Origin: Raillietiella orientalis
Taxonomy: Eukaryota
Assembly: GCA_036172245.1 (NCBI GenBank)
Contig: JAYWIR010000036.1
Span: 558,001-622,000, forward strand
Length of the DNA: 64,000 bases
Direction of reading: 5' to 3'
In this document: positions 1 to 11,760 of the stretch, piece after piece
How positions within the stretch are numbered: the stretch's first letter is position 1
How the letters are laid out: each line of letters begins with the position of its first letter
The notes under the pieces: generated by a model
Seen by the model: only the letters and a program-made list of their open reading frames with translations
Database searches by the model: none
Told to the model about the DNA's origin: nothing
Position numbers and translations under genes: made by a program

Positions 1-1968
1 ACCTATACCCCGTTCACGACTCGCTCTTTGACAAGCAGAGCTGCTTCCAGCTGGTAGAGCGTGCTCTGCCCTGCATGGCCACCGTCACCTACTTGAGTGT
101 AGCATCCCCAGATGAGCTGCAGGTACAAACACAACCTGCCGCTTCTTGATAACAGAATTTCTCTCTCCTTTTTTCTCCACAGACATGGCTGACCACCCTG
201 AAGTCATTCTGTGCCACCAGACTGAGTTTTGCCCCAAAGTTGCCCTCTGTGCGTGAGGTGCGCACTTTGACTCTCTCTGTGCTTAAGGCTCACAAGTAGG
301 GAAAGGGTTGGCAGGGAAGGGTTGGTGTTTTCAGCAGCATTTTTTCTCCCCTCCTCTTCCTTCTTTTTCCCTTCTCCTTTCTCCTTCCCTTATTTCCCAT
401 CCCCTCTTCTGCTGTGTACCACTGGAAGGCTGCCTGCCAAATGGGTGCCCACCCCATTCTGCCTGGTGCAGTTCAACCAAGTGAAGGTGGCGCGGACACG
501 GACTGAGAGTGGAGCTGACCCTGTCTGGGATGAGGAGTTTGCCATGGAGTGCGTATGCTTTGAGCACGCCGGTTGCAGGAACGCAGCACGCTCTGGCGTC
601 CCAGTGATCTTCCTGCAGATGTATCCACAATCACCATCACTGTCATGAACCAGGGGCGGAGGTCAAAGGATACGGAGGTGGCTGAGGTCGTCATTGACCT
701 GCAGGACCTGAACGTCGGCAGGGCAGTGGAGGACTGGTACACACTCATGGGGGTCACACCTGTGGGAGAATGGGGGATGCTGCGGCTGCGGCTGCTCTAC
801 ATGCATGACCTGGTCATGCCCCTGGAGGAGTACTCAGCCCTGAGGGAGCTTATTGTGGATTCACAGCTGGAGGTGGTTCGCACACTGGCAGATCTCTGCC
901 ATAATGACTACAACCCCCTGGCACAGGCATTGCTCCCCATCTTCAGGTTTCTTTTAATCCACCCCACCTCAACAAGTGAAAGCAGACATCCCAAAACTTC
1001 TTTTGCAGGCAGGAAAAGAAGGAGGTGATGTTGCTACAGACACTTAATGATCTGGAGATCAGTAAAGAAGAAGAGACGAGCACACTTTTTCGCTCCACGT
1101 CTCTGGCCACTAGGATCATGGATCTGTACATGAAGGCCGAGTGTCATGGCTTCCTTAGTGCCACCATTGGAGGTGTCATCCAGCGCATACTGGAGTCCCG
1201 CCAGTCCTGCGAGGTATGTGGCCAGTGTGTATATGGTCTGTGTACTGATGGACACAAACCTACCAGTTAAACCCTAATAAGGTGGACAGCAGTCTTGCAT
1301 GTGCCAATGCAGAGTTTCTGCTGCAAGTGCTAGACCAGCTAAGTGAAAACATCTTCTCCTCCTGCAACCAGTGCCCAGCCACCCTACGTCACATCTTCAG
1401 TTGCCTACAGGCAACAGTGACAGCAAAGTGGCCCAATGAACGGTTTGTCCGCACAAGGGTCGTTAGTGGTTTCGTTTTCCTGCGTCTTCTCTGTCCTGCC
1501 CTGCTGAATCCCCGATGCTTTCGGCTAGTGGCTGACTCCCCCCCACAGCAGGCTGCTCGCTCCCTTGTTATGATAGCCAAGTGCCTGCAGAACCTTGCAA
1601 ACTTGGTTGAATTCGGATGCAAAGAATCCTACATGGAAGTGGTCAATCCATTTATTTTGAAAAACAAAGAAAGGATGATTGTCTTCCTGGACCAACTTGG
1701 GGTGCGTTTTTTTTTTTTCTTGCAAATTGTGATCCTCATGCTTTTTTGTTTTTGGGTCTTGCAGAGCATCAAGGATAAACCAGATGTAGATTACTCCCAG
1801 TGGAAAGAGGATGTTGCTAAAGATCTTGGCAGCATCCACGATATCTGCATAGCACACCTGAGAGAGCTGCAGACACTGAGTCGGACACGTCCTGTCATTC
1901 GAAAACTGGTTACTGTCACTGAGATGCTAACAAAGCACAAACAAAAGTATTTTGAGATGTTAAGATAA
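1..1968 (+). CDS. RASA1: Ras GTPase-activating protein 1 (p120 RasGAP / vap), 3' part: end of PH, C2 and RasGAP domains; 5' end lies outside the window
   Basis: GT-AG exon chain <1-122, 183-295, 429-548, 605-946, 1009-1213, 1267-1701, 1765-1968 keeps frame. Translation has VHDSLF (PH), PVWDEEFAMDDLPAD (C2), TLFRSTSLAT, RTRVVSGFVFLRLLCPALLNP, AKCLQNLANLVEFGCKESYM, collinear with p120GAP. Confidence 0.95.
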
Positions 1969-2087
1969 AAATTGGAAGCATACTTCTTCTTTTTTTTTTT
2001 TTTTTTTTCTGATCTGCAATGCATGGGTACCTTGGGTAGCTGAACACAAATGGGACCATTGTCATAAAGGGATGGGTTAGGGACAAG

Positions 2088-2093
2088 TTTATT
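2088..2093 (-). terminator. Candidate polyadenylation signal AATAAA overlapping the PHAX stop codon
   Basis: + strand tttatt at 2088-2093 reads GAA-TAA-A on the minus strand. Confidence 0.5.
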
Positions 2094-3535
2094 CAAATTC
2101 GATGTCCACAACTCCACACTGTTCAGCTGTCATGTCTTCCAGCACACCTGCTTCTTGGAGTGCTAGTTCTGCTCTTGTAGGTAAGTTTGGCAGTAATAGT
2201 TTTTCATATTGGCTCTTCTTCTCAAGGTTCCGTTTTCGTTTGAGTTGCTTCCTCAGCTTATCGTTCTTCTTCATATCTTCAAAGAAGACCTGCCGTTTTT
2301 GTGCTTTTGTTATTCTGGAATCAGTTTTCAGCAAGTGGAAAAATACTCCTCCTGGAGTGCGCCTTCTAGTGCCATCCTAACAACACATCTGACACACTCT
2401 TCTGCATTCTGACTTCTTACCAGAGTCATCAAGCCACCACTGTTTTCACATTTTTGTGTTCTTCGCAATAGCTCTACTGCTTTCTCCTTGCCCAGCACGG
2501 AAACCACCTTTGCTACATTCATGAGAGGAACATAAAAGGTCAAGGCTACTGGTGGAAGTACTCACTCAGAACATCAGATTTTGGTTCCTTCAAGTGCTCA
2601 GCTATTGCTGAAGCTATTTCCGTATCGTGTTCCAAAAACAATATCTGATCAAAGACTTTCTGTGCTGGATCTGTAACTGTCTTCCTACAGAATGGTCGAG
2701 CAGTTTGATCCACCAAAGGCACATTCATTCTACAAAGTGGCTCTTCAACATAATAGCTCTCCACATCTCTGTTATTGAACTTTTTTTGATCAAGGCAGTT
2801 CATGCTACTGCATACAGTATTCAGGTTTTCTTCATAAATCACAGATGCCCAGATATTTCTGGAGGCCCTTTTGGTGCTTATGGAATGGTTGCTTTCCATC
2901 TTAACTTTTTTCGTGGACACATCCTCAGCAGAATCATCATCTGACTCATCATCATCAGACTTCACATGAGAATCAGGTTCCTTAAAATTGTCTACAGCAG
3001 CTGGTCGTGGGAGAGGTTCATAAGTTGTCTGCAAGAACATAGGCAATGTCACATGCAAGGTAATGGCAGAAATAGGAAGCATTCTTGGTGGATCTTTACA
3101 GAACGTTTGCTGCTAATGTTGATGCAAGTGGAAGATGGGGGTGTATTTTTCCCATCACTTCCTTACCATGCTACTAAAGTATGCTGGGATTGCAGGAATG
3201 CTTTCATGTTAACAAAGCAGTGCTTTATGTTAACCTGGTTTGTATGCTGGTTGCTTTGTTATGAAACCGACTGAACCTGTCACGTAATGGGGTTTCTGCT
3301 ATCAATTCTACATTTGTAGCGCGGAGTTATCGTGGATACACGAAACATGAGAATGACACATCCTGAATAGGTACAAATTTAGTCTGCTTGTATGCTACAT
3401 GGCAATCCCAAATTTACATTTTGATAACCAATGCCGTAAACAAACAACGATAATTGAGAAAATCGCAAGGGACCCCACCCCCTCCTTTTCTCTTTGTTTT
3501 TTGCTTAATACCTCAATGAAATCGGTATCTGCCAT
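2089..3535 (-). CDS. PHAX: Phosphorylated adapter RNA export protein (PHAX)
   Basis: Exons 3535-3512 (putative first exon MADTDFIE, phase-0 GT donor), 3028-2566, 2512-2421, 2376-2089 sum to 867 nt. Contains NIWASV, RDVESY, IAEHLKEPK and the PHAX RNA-binding signature GGLMTLDGTRRRTPGGVFFHLLK. First exon is inferred. Confidence 0.88.
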
Positions 3536-4679
3536 GCAGCCACTTCGTCAAGACCACCAGCACACCAAAAATGAGTTTAGATAACTTCACACGAACTTTT
3601 CCCCTGAAAATGATACATTGAAAGTGATGTGTAAAACTGCATAGGTTCACTACGCTCTACTTTTGCAGCGAAGCGCAGCCTGCAGCATAGTTGTCTCTTT
3701 TAAACTGCCTCACGCGCATGGAACATAGCAGTGCCAACAACATCGGTCGTTCCAATTAATTAATTAAAATAATACGAATTTTAGGAATACATCTAGTTAA
3801 TTCAGCGTGCATCACCGAAACAATAGTTTTCCTATGTCTGCAACAAATTTCAAAGCGTTTTATTTTAGTTGTGCCCATGAATGCCGAGTTCATCAAAAAG
3901 TTTCGACCAGAAACTTTTTTACAGGTGAAAACCAATACATCAGCAACTGTTGTCCTAACAAATTTTGTTAGCATGGATTCGAATATTTCTGTTTGATAAA
4001 CTGAAATACGAATTGGGAAATGCAACTGAAACATAGTAACTAACAAAAGATTGGTATCAATAATGATCAGTGATTGGGAATCAAATTCATAATGTACCCA
4101 CAGTGTGAATGATCGTTCATAACTACCACATGGAGGAAGTGTAGTATAGGAAAAGGCAAAGAAACCTCCCTTGTGAAACCGTGAGGGTCTTTAAGTGCCA
4201 TGGGAGGAGTAGTGCAACCAGACGCGTGGAAACGGGCCCTTGGTCGGGGCTGGAAGAAGTGCGAGGCACTTGGCTAGTGCGAGGCACGAGTATTTGATTT
4301 TCCTTGAATCCCATTCTCTTTATGAGTGGATGAGAATCACTTTCGGAAGAAAGGAAAGCAACCCTGGAACAAGCTTGTTGATCTCTTTCTCCTGAATGAA
4401 CATTGCGCAGGTCCTTGCAGCACCCTAATGTAGAGGATACATCCTCTAACTACATTCTGAAAACTCCTTTGGGGACACCAAATGCTTGAGTCTCCCACCA
4501 GAAGCTACAGCTGCAGCAAAAGAAGAACCCACTCCCCACTCGGATTCTCTACGTATAGTGCCAAACAGATGAACCTGCTGGAACAACTGAAAGCAGCAAG
4601 TGTTCGCCTTAACTCTTTCTCTGCTTCAGATCACCATGGAGTGCTGGCCGGTGTGGATCAGGACTCCAGCTCATGCCGG

Positions 4680-5410
4680 TCGGAGGCTTTGTGGTTAAGG
4701 CTTCCGCGCGTGGCACCATGCGTCGCGGGTTCGAATACTTCGGCAGATAACTTGACGCCATTGCGTCGTTTGGGTTCCGAGTTTCTCCTGCAACGGCGCT
4801 GGTTGGCCGAGACATTCGGGCGTGGCCCCGGCGGTGGATAAAGCCGGCGGCCTCCCGATGAAGGCCGGAACAATGGGAGTCGACTTTCGGGTCCTCCCAG
4901 GAATAAAGGAGTGGGGAGTTCCCCCTCCTGTGTGCAAAGGAGAGTGGACCCCCGTCACCAGGGGGACCGCCTCCGGTTTCAAGATGGAGCAGGAGCCCTC
5001 ACGGGCACCTCTCCAGTCGTTCAAAGGAACGGACCCCCCTGTTGGGGGGTCCCTCCGAGTCGTCGCCTCTTCACAGAGTGTGTACAAAGGAAAGAAGCTA
5101 AGCGAGAGCGATTCCCTGCGGGAAGCTGCAGCGCCCCTTCTGAGTTTCGGAAGCACCCCTGTGGGGGTTGTCTTCAGAGGAGTGAATAAAGGAGCGGTTC
5201 CCTTGCGGGTTCCCTCCGGAGAAGAAATTCCTAGAAGCGGATCCTTTCCGGGTTCCCTTCGGAGAAGTTGAAATGGAGAGGACCACCACCCCGCAAGGGG
5301 AGGTGTCCCTCCGGAGAGAATGAGGAAGGAGAGATTCCTTTCGGGGTTCCCCTTCGGAGACAACCAGGGTGGGAGGTCTCCTGGACGTCTTTCCGGACGT
5401 CCAGGAGAGT
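4680..5410 (+). mobile_element. tRNA-headed SINE-like repeat, copy 1 (longest)
   Basis: A-box-like GGAGGCTTTGTGGTTAAGGC and B-box GGTTCGAAT (4728-4736), then a hairpin-rich body. Collinear with 6847-7110 (+) and 61049-60470 (-). Confidence 0.7.
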
Positions 5411-5899
5411 GCACGAGGCAGAAGACCGACAGCCGCCTACGCACTGGAAAAAAGGTATTCGAGAACGATGGGGAGTTGGCAAGCAGAAGGGATCCTGCCC
5501 ACGGAGCGGTGACCCCACCTGGGCGCAGCTGTCCCCGTCAGACTTCTTTGGATCCCTGCCGAGGATATCATTCTGCGTTTTCGTGCCCACCCACTTCCTG
5601 CTGGCAGCAAGAGGCATGACTCTTCCTTCCGGGAAGTATGCGTAGCCCCTGACGGGGCAGCTTGGACGACTGGTGAATCATCGAAGACCAAGCGAACGAA
5701 GAGAAGAGGCAAGGACTCTCGGAAGAAGAACAGGACAGGACAATCACTACATCCAGGGTTTCCGAGGAGCTGCCCGTTTAGGGTGGTCCAGCAGTAAGGG
5801 AATTCCATGCAGGGTCGGATCCAGCCGAAGGCAGGTCCTTGGGGCAAGCCCCTCTTAGAGAAAAGACCAGGACTGTGCAGGAATAGAGGGATGCAAACT

Positions 5900-6560
5900 C
5901 ACGGGTAGGAGAGGGGACCCGGTCGACCTGCCATTGGATCCTTGCGAGATGAAGGGGATTTCTTTCCCTTTCGCGACCCTTCTCAGAAGAGATCAGTTCC
6001 ATATCCCGGCGCCGGGGAAACGGCCAGAGGAACAGCTGCAACCACCTGGTGCCTCCGACCAAGGTCCCGAAGGCTGCTTCCGCGTCCCTGGAAGCTGGTC
6101 GGAAACCACGCAGCCACCGTACCTTGCTGACCTCACCTAACCTACCCGAAGAAACACTTGCTCGACCCGACCTGCACGAGCCTGCGTGCCGACCGAGTCT
6201 ACCTAGGGAATGACCCATTCATACAGTGCTATCCATGCTAGCATGGATAGCACCTGAATCGCGGATCCGCACGTTGCTCCTGTGTGGCTCCCGATGGAGC
6301 ACCGCCTCAGAAGCCAGAGAGCTCACTGCTGCCCAGGGGCCTCTCTTACAGCGCACACCGACATCACTGTACCCGGAGGGAAGAACCCGGAGAGAGGGAA
6401 TCACCCTGTTGCCCTCTGACCCCTACAAGAACTTTCCGCCGCGATCCCGCACGTCCCGGTTGGCAACCCTAGGGAGGTTTCCAGACTCTGCACGGGAAGC
6501 GGCGAGCCTGGTCGCCTTCGAGGCGGTCTGAAGCGACGCCGGAAGACGACAGGGAGGAGG
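5900..6560 (+). mobile_element. Decayed CR1/L2-like LINE ORF2 3' portion
   Basis: Relic peptides RVPGSWSETTQPPYLADL (like GVPQGS..P..Y..DL), IRTLLLCGSRWSTASEARELTAAQ and C-terminal RFPDSAREAASLVAFEAV* (like LP..V.A.SL..FK). Frameshifted. Confidence 0.4.
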
Positions 6561-6846
6561 GGACGGCATGCGCCTTCCGCAGACGACCCCGCCTGGGAAG
6601 CTTGCAGAAGGAATCTACCGGAGTCCTGGGAGGGATGCAGCAAGTGCCCCTGAGCAAGCTGAGATCCCATTCCGTATCCTCCACCCCTCAGAGGTTTTTT
6701 TTTCTTTCAATTCCATCTTTTTGTTTCTCCTCCCTCCTCCGCGCTGTCGAGGTGACCTCGCTGGTCTGCCTCCCTTCATCTGAACAGTTTCCTTGCATGA
6801 ACGGGAGTGGTAGGACAACCCGGCGCTACCACCACGGCGGCCCGCT

Positions 6847-7110
6847 CTGGCGGCTGTACGGCTGCGGCCTCTGTGCATGGCATCGCGGGTTCGAATCCCG
6901 TCCGGGGAAGCATCGACGCCGACAAAGTGGGATGCGACGTGGGTTTCGAGTCCCCACCCCCACCCTCTACCTCGCAGCATGACACTGGTTGGCCGATTCG
7001 GCTGCGACACCGGTGGAAACCGGAAACTCCTGGGTGCCCCTGTTAACTGGCCTCCGGGATTGGAAGTCGAGCCCCGGGGTCCTCCCTGGACATCAAGGAG
7101 CCCTTCGGGG
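6847..7110 (+). mobile_element. tRNA-headed SINE-like repeat, copy 2 (5' part)
   Basis: B-box GGTTCGAATCC at 6888-6898. Shares CTGGTTGGCCGA, TGCG.CGT..GGGTT.CGAGT and AGTCGA...GGGTCCTCCC.GGA blocks with copy 1 in the same order. Confidence 0.65.
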
Positions 7111-7779
7111 TCTACCTGTCTGCTCAGAAGCATCCATACTTTCGGCTTCACCCAGCTAGGGAGTCGACCCTCCCTCTCTGCTCCCTCCTTTGACTTCTCC
7201 ATCATACCCCCCCTTTGTGTAGGGAGCATCGCCCCCCGGGGACCAGGAGGAGGAGGAAGCGACCTGCAGGTGCGCCTTCCGCTCGATCCGATCCCTCCCC
7301 GGAAGCCTCTCCGCGGGTCGTCCCCTGCCCCAAAAGGTCCCGGACTCTCAACGGAGAGAATGGGCATGGGTTGGCGCCCCCGAGCTGCGCGGGTTCTTCC
7401 TTTCCTGACCATCAATACCGAAGGGTCTTTCCCATCCCACCGGACGCACGGGCTGGCCATTTGCCCAAGGCAGATGAGCGCGCGCTCTCCCCCAAGGAGG
7501 ACACGGTCAGCCAGGGGCGTGAGGAGGAAGGGCGCGAACCTCTTCCTCGGGCAACTCTGACCCTGCCTCGTCCTTCCCTCGTGCCCGCTCCCGTTCCGCG
7601 TCCTACTCGCCCATTTTGTACCTGAAATTCAACGAGTCTTGTGTGTGAGGTCATCGTTGCCATGGGCACCTTCCTCTTCCTCCTCCTCCTCCCTTACTCT
7701 TCCTCCTCCCTTCTGCTCCTCCTTTCCCCACGCACGCGTGCACACCTTCTGGCTCTTCCCTTTCCTGCTAGTTCCTCTC

Positions 7780-9700
7780 CGAGAGCACCTTCGAAGATCC
7801 CGGAGGATCCCGTATGCCCTCGTTCCTCCACCGCGAGCAGCACAGAACCCTTCCTGAAGCTGCTCCAGACGTTCATGAAGAGCTGCTTGCCCGACCACTT
7901 CCCACTCAGCCCCCCTACCCCGGATTACCGGGCCATCTCTTCCACGTGGACTCACAAGGATTCGTGCAGCGAGGGAACGAAGGTCCAGGAGTGCCCGGCT
8001 GGGAAGGACGGAAGGGGCCGCCTCCGCTGAGGGTAGGACAAAGGAAAGGAGTCAACGAGGGAGCGGGAAATGGGACCGAGAGGCCTCATCGTGACGGGCG
8101 CGCGGGCCTGCGTAGGCAGTCACTCTAGCTGGTCGTCCCTCAGCGTTCTCGAGGACCCTATGCCCCGGGTGGAAGTCCTCTCTCACGGCTTCTGGCTCGC
8201 AGCTGCGCGCTCTTCCTACGCCCCGGCTGTCACTGCCACCGACTCTCAAGAGATTAACCGTGCCGCTTCTCTTCTGAGACCTCCGGTGCCTTGTTCTCTC
8301 CCACACACACCAGCGCGCGCCTCCCTTCCGTCTTCCCCCCGCGGCGGCGGTTCTGGCCACTCCCCGCTAGTCCTCGAACGACGACGCATCTGTCACAAGC
8401 TGGTTTCGGGCACGAGGGCCGACCTCATGGGGCGGCTTTGGACGTCTGACCCGCACTCTCGCCGACCTACGATCCGGGTCAGAGCAGCTGTGCATTTCGG
8501 CGCCTTCCACGAGCTGCGTCTTCTCTCCTCCACCTTCTGCTGCGGCTTCCCGGAGGCAGGTAGAGGGAGGAAGGCATGACCAGCATTAGGAGGGTGCTCT
8601 GGCCCTGCCCGAATCCAGCCGACCCCTCCGCGATCTCCGCATGGTCACCGCGCTCCTCCTCCCCAGCGCTCCACTCGCCGGTCACCATGGAGGCGGCCCC
8701 GTCGGCACTTCCGCTTTCAGTCTGACATGGTGCGGCGCCCTCTCCGACTTTCTCGGTCGTCGGCCTTGGGGCGGCCGTTCCCTCCGTCACGAAGCCGTCG
8801 CGAAGGACGCTGCCGTTGTGCAGGGCGCGTCCGCTTGCCTTCGCCGCGGTCCGGTGGACGGGACGGAGGCGCTTTTGCCGGGCAATCCTGCGATCCTCTC
8901 CTGGGTGAGGTCCTGCTGGGTCACCATTCGCCGCTTCCAGGAGAAGTGGGGGAGCGGTGTGTCGGAGGTCGCCGTTGCCTCGGCGCCATCACCCTTGCTC
9001 ACGCGTTCCCCGTCGGCAGTGCCAGGATCTGGGCAACGATGCCGCCTCGAAGCGACGGAGGGAGGGGTCGGTAGGCAAGCGAGGTGTGGGGCGACCCCCA
9101 TCCCCGAGACCACGCTCCGTACGCGAAGGGGGAAGGAAATGGGGGGTGGCCCACGGTCCCAACTCGTCGGCAAACGCCCTGAGGCGACCCTCCTCTTCGC
9201 CCGATGGCTCTGCTGCAGGTGGTGGGAGGCTCCCGGCAAGCTGTGAGTCCGGAAGAGGGCACCTCTCCCAGGCTCATCGTCAGGGGACTCGGAGCATCCC
9301 GGGGACGCTGTGGGCCTGGAGAGCTCGAAGAGCTGCTGCACCACTGGCGAAGGAGCGGAGGCGCCTCCGGGTGTGCCTTCGGGTGCGCCTCCGCTTTGCT
9401 CTACTCTTCCTACTCCTCTTTGCCCGACCACCCTGCTTCGCCCATACTGCTGCGATCCCGGTGGGCACCCTCAGGCGGTCGAGCACGCGGAAGGAGTGCC
9501 ATTCCCGAATGCCGCCATCTTGCTCCGCCTCTTGCGCCGAAGAGTGCCCTCGGCGGTCTTTCTCCGCCCCCTCGTTGACCTGGAGTCACTCCGAACCGTC
9601 TCCTCTCGGCGGCGCCCGCTCAGCCCCGCGGATCGAGCGTGCGCGGCAGGGTGCTTGAGCCTCCCGCGATGGCCGCCAGGGCTGCTACCATTGCTGCTGA
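7780..9700 (-). mobile_element. Decayed CRE-clade-like (restriction-like endonuclease) non-LTR retrotransposon: RT, zinc finger and RLE relics
   Basis: Minus-strand relics in the expected order: GRRKTAEGTLRRKRRSKMAA (like RPIAVG..LRRL.SK), SPGCSESP (QG.P.P), RLRAFADELG (9160-9190, RT motif), SLYLPP..EGGG, SGEW, RH/VN..EP..DFHPG..GRPA, WTFVPSLHESL, LHERL..LQEG. Many frameshifts. Confidence 0.5.
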
Positions 9701-9719
9701 GACTTCTGCGCGACCTGCG

Positions 9720-10340
9720 CTGCTGCTGACGCTACGCAGCCTGGCACGCTGTCGTCGCTACGACTGCAAGCGTGCGACAGTGATAACTCTATCGTTACCA
9801 TGGCCGTTGTCAGCGGTGCTCCCTCTTATCATTATCGCTGCCACGACTGTTGCTAGCATCGTTATTATGCGGCTATTATCCGTCGCACCGCTGTCGTCAT
9901 TACTATTGCTGTGTTTTTCGCCATTTCAGCACTATTCGGTAAATAATGGCTGCCACGTTTACTAGTGAGTTCCTTACTACGATTAGTGGCTATTACTCCG
10001 TTATTATGCTTTTCTCTATTACTGTTGGGATTATCCTTTCGGATGCCACGACCATTACGATTATGACGACCACTTTTGGAAACAGCAGTCGACCACTCCA
10101 CCACGATCGCTAGCGTCGTCACGAAGACTATCGTTGGCGCTTTCTTTTCGTCGCTATCATTATTATTGTTTCGACCTTATTTTAGCTTACGGTGTCACAT
10201 TATCATCTTAGCAGTGCCACTGCCATTATTGCTGCTGCTATGACGACCGCTATCATGGACAGCGCCTCCATTCTCGCTTACCATCACCGTCGGTGCTGCT
10301 TTCGCCCGTCACCATGTTGGCGGCTACCACTGCGGAAGCG
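9720..10340. repeat. Degenerate trinucleotide low-complexity tract (GCT/TTA/TCG/CCA-type)
   Basis: Period-3 mosaic such as attattgctgctgcta, tcgttattatgc and accaccacgatcg. Confidence 0.6.
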
Positions 10341-10499
10341 GTTGCGATGACCCTCAATGGCTGCTCTTCCTAGAGCCGCCGCCCCACCCGCCCATCCAGG
10401 AGCATCACGGGTGGCCTCCCCGCTTCTTCACCTCCATCCTCGAACCATGCCTCCCACCTCCCTCGCTGCAGTGCTGCCCTCCCTCAGGGAACACCTAGC

Positions 10500-11120
10500 A
10501 GTAGCATCGCCGTGAAATGGGTGGTTACAGCGACAATCTCCGGAAGGGCTAAAGGACTGGGAGAGTGGAAGACGGGCCATCTCACAGACGCTGTGACCCC
10601 GAGTAGACCACTCCATAGACTCGTGCGCTGGGGCGAGCTACTGGATGTTCTTTTGGAACAACTAAAGTGGCCCCCAGTGTTGATGGACAACCACACCAAC
10701 AGCGCTGATTTCCCCCTTGAAGTGGCAGGAATCGGCGCTGTTGGTGCTGCACTGGGGTCTCCCGTGCAACGCCCGCCGTCATCACTGGACGCAGGTGTGT
10801 GGACCCCAGCTGTGTCAGGTGGAGGGAATGTGAATCTCTCCCCCACCTGCTAGTGGACTGTGTTGCCCTCCTGCCCCTCTGGGAACGCTTTGCTGTGGCC
10901 CTGAACAAAGCAACAGGAGGGCCCAGCCATAGGGATGCCATCCACTTCGCCATCTTTTTCATCAGGATATCAACGCGATGGCCCCACCTGGAAAACAACA
11001 TGCGGCAAGACCTTGTCGACATCCTAGAGAAGATGGACAGGACAGCCACCAGCAGAACGTGATCCCTTCCCGCATCCCCCAAAGTGTATTTATTTTTATG
11101 TTTTGCTTCTTTTTTTTCTT
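10500..11120 (+). mobile_element. 5'-truncated L1/Tx1-like LINE 3' end (zf-RVT zinc-binding region)
   Basis: ISPLKWQESALLVLHWGLPCNARRHHW, frameshift, then DPSCVRWRECESLPHLLVDCVALLPLWERF, matching P.K...W..LH..LP.......C..C..E+..H...C.....W. Stop at 11062, then a T-rich 3' tract. Confidence 0.65.
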
Positions 11121-11319
11121 TTTGTTTGTCTTCTCCCCTCTGCTGTCGTGGTGGACCTCATCGGTCTGCGAACCGGTTATCCGGCAGGTCTCCATTAAAT
11201 TGTGCGTGGTTAGACTGCTGGTTCAGCCACAGTTCTCATGAGATGTTTATTTTTGAAATGAAGGCATCCGGATGAGAATCGAACCATTCCTCCCTGGAGC
11301 CATCCCCCACCCCTATCCT

Positions 11320-11760
11320 TCGGGCGCAGACGCGGACGGATGTACCTCGTCTGGCCGCGAAGTAGCCTTCGATAATCCACTTCCCCCTTCATCCTGACCA
11401 CAGGTCATCGCCGTCGCGATTCCATCCCCTTCCATCCCAAACCACGCTTTCCTGTTCCCCCCCCTCCTCTGCGAAGGCCATCGTCGCTCTCGCCACCACC
11501 ATGGCAAAGTTGCATTTTCCCAGTGCCTCTCATCCGGCTGTCCCCCCTGGAGCGTAACGCTCTTGAGCGCCATGCTCCATCTCCCTCTCCTCCTTGTTCC
11601 CACCCCTCGAGGTGGAACGGTGGGGTTCGCACCCAGCGTCTCCGCGTCGTCTCGGAGGTCCTGCAATCTTCCCTGTCTTCAGGGGGTACCTGAAGGCGAG
11701 GACCAGCAGGTCCGGTCCATCCCTCGAACTGGAGGTTCTTCCTCCTTCTCGCAAGATGCC
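11320..11760 (-). mobile_element. Possible APE-type endonuclease relic of a LINE
   Basis: Minus frame GPDLLVL...FAMVVAR...GKWIIEGYFAARRG resembles PD++.LQE / A++V / I+GDFNAR. Interrupted by stops. Confidence 0.3.

Noticed and set aside
6847..6910. Possible tRNA gene (GGTTCGAATCCC T-loop)
   Set aside because: No convincing cloverleaf or acceptor stem. It is the head of a repeat shared with 4680 and 61049, so it is treated as SINE-like.
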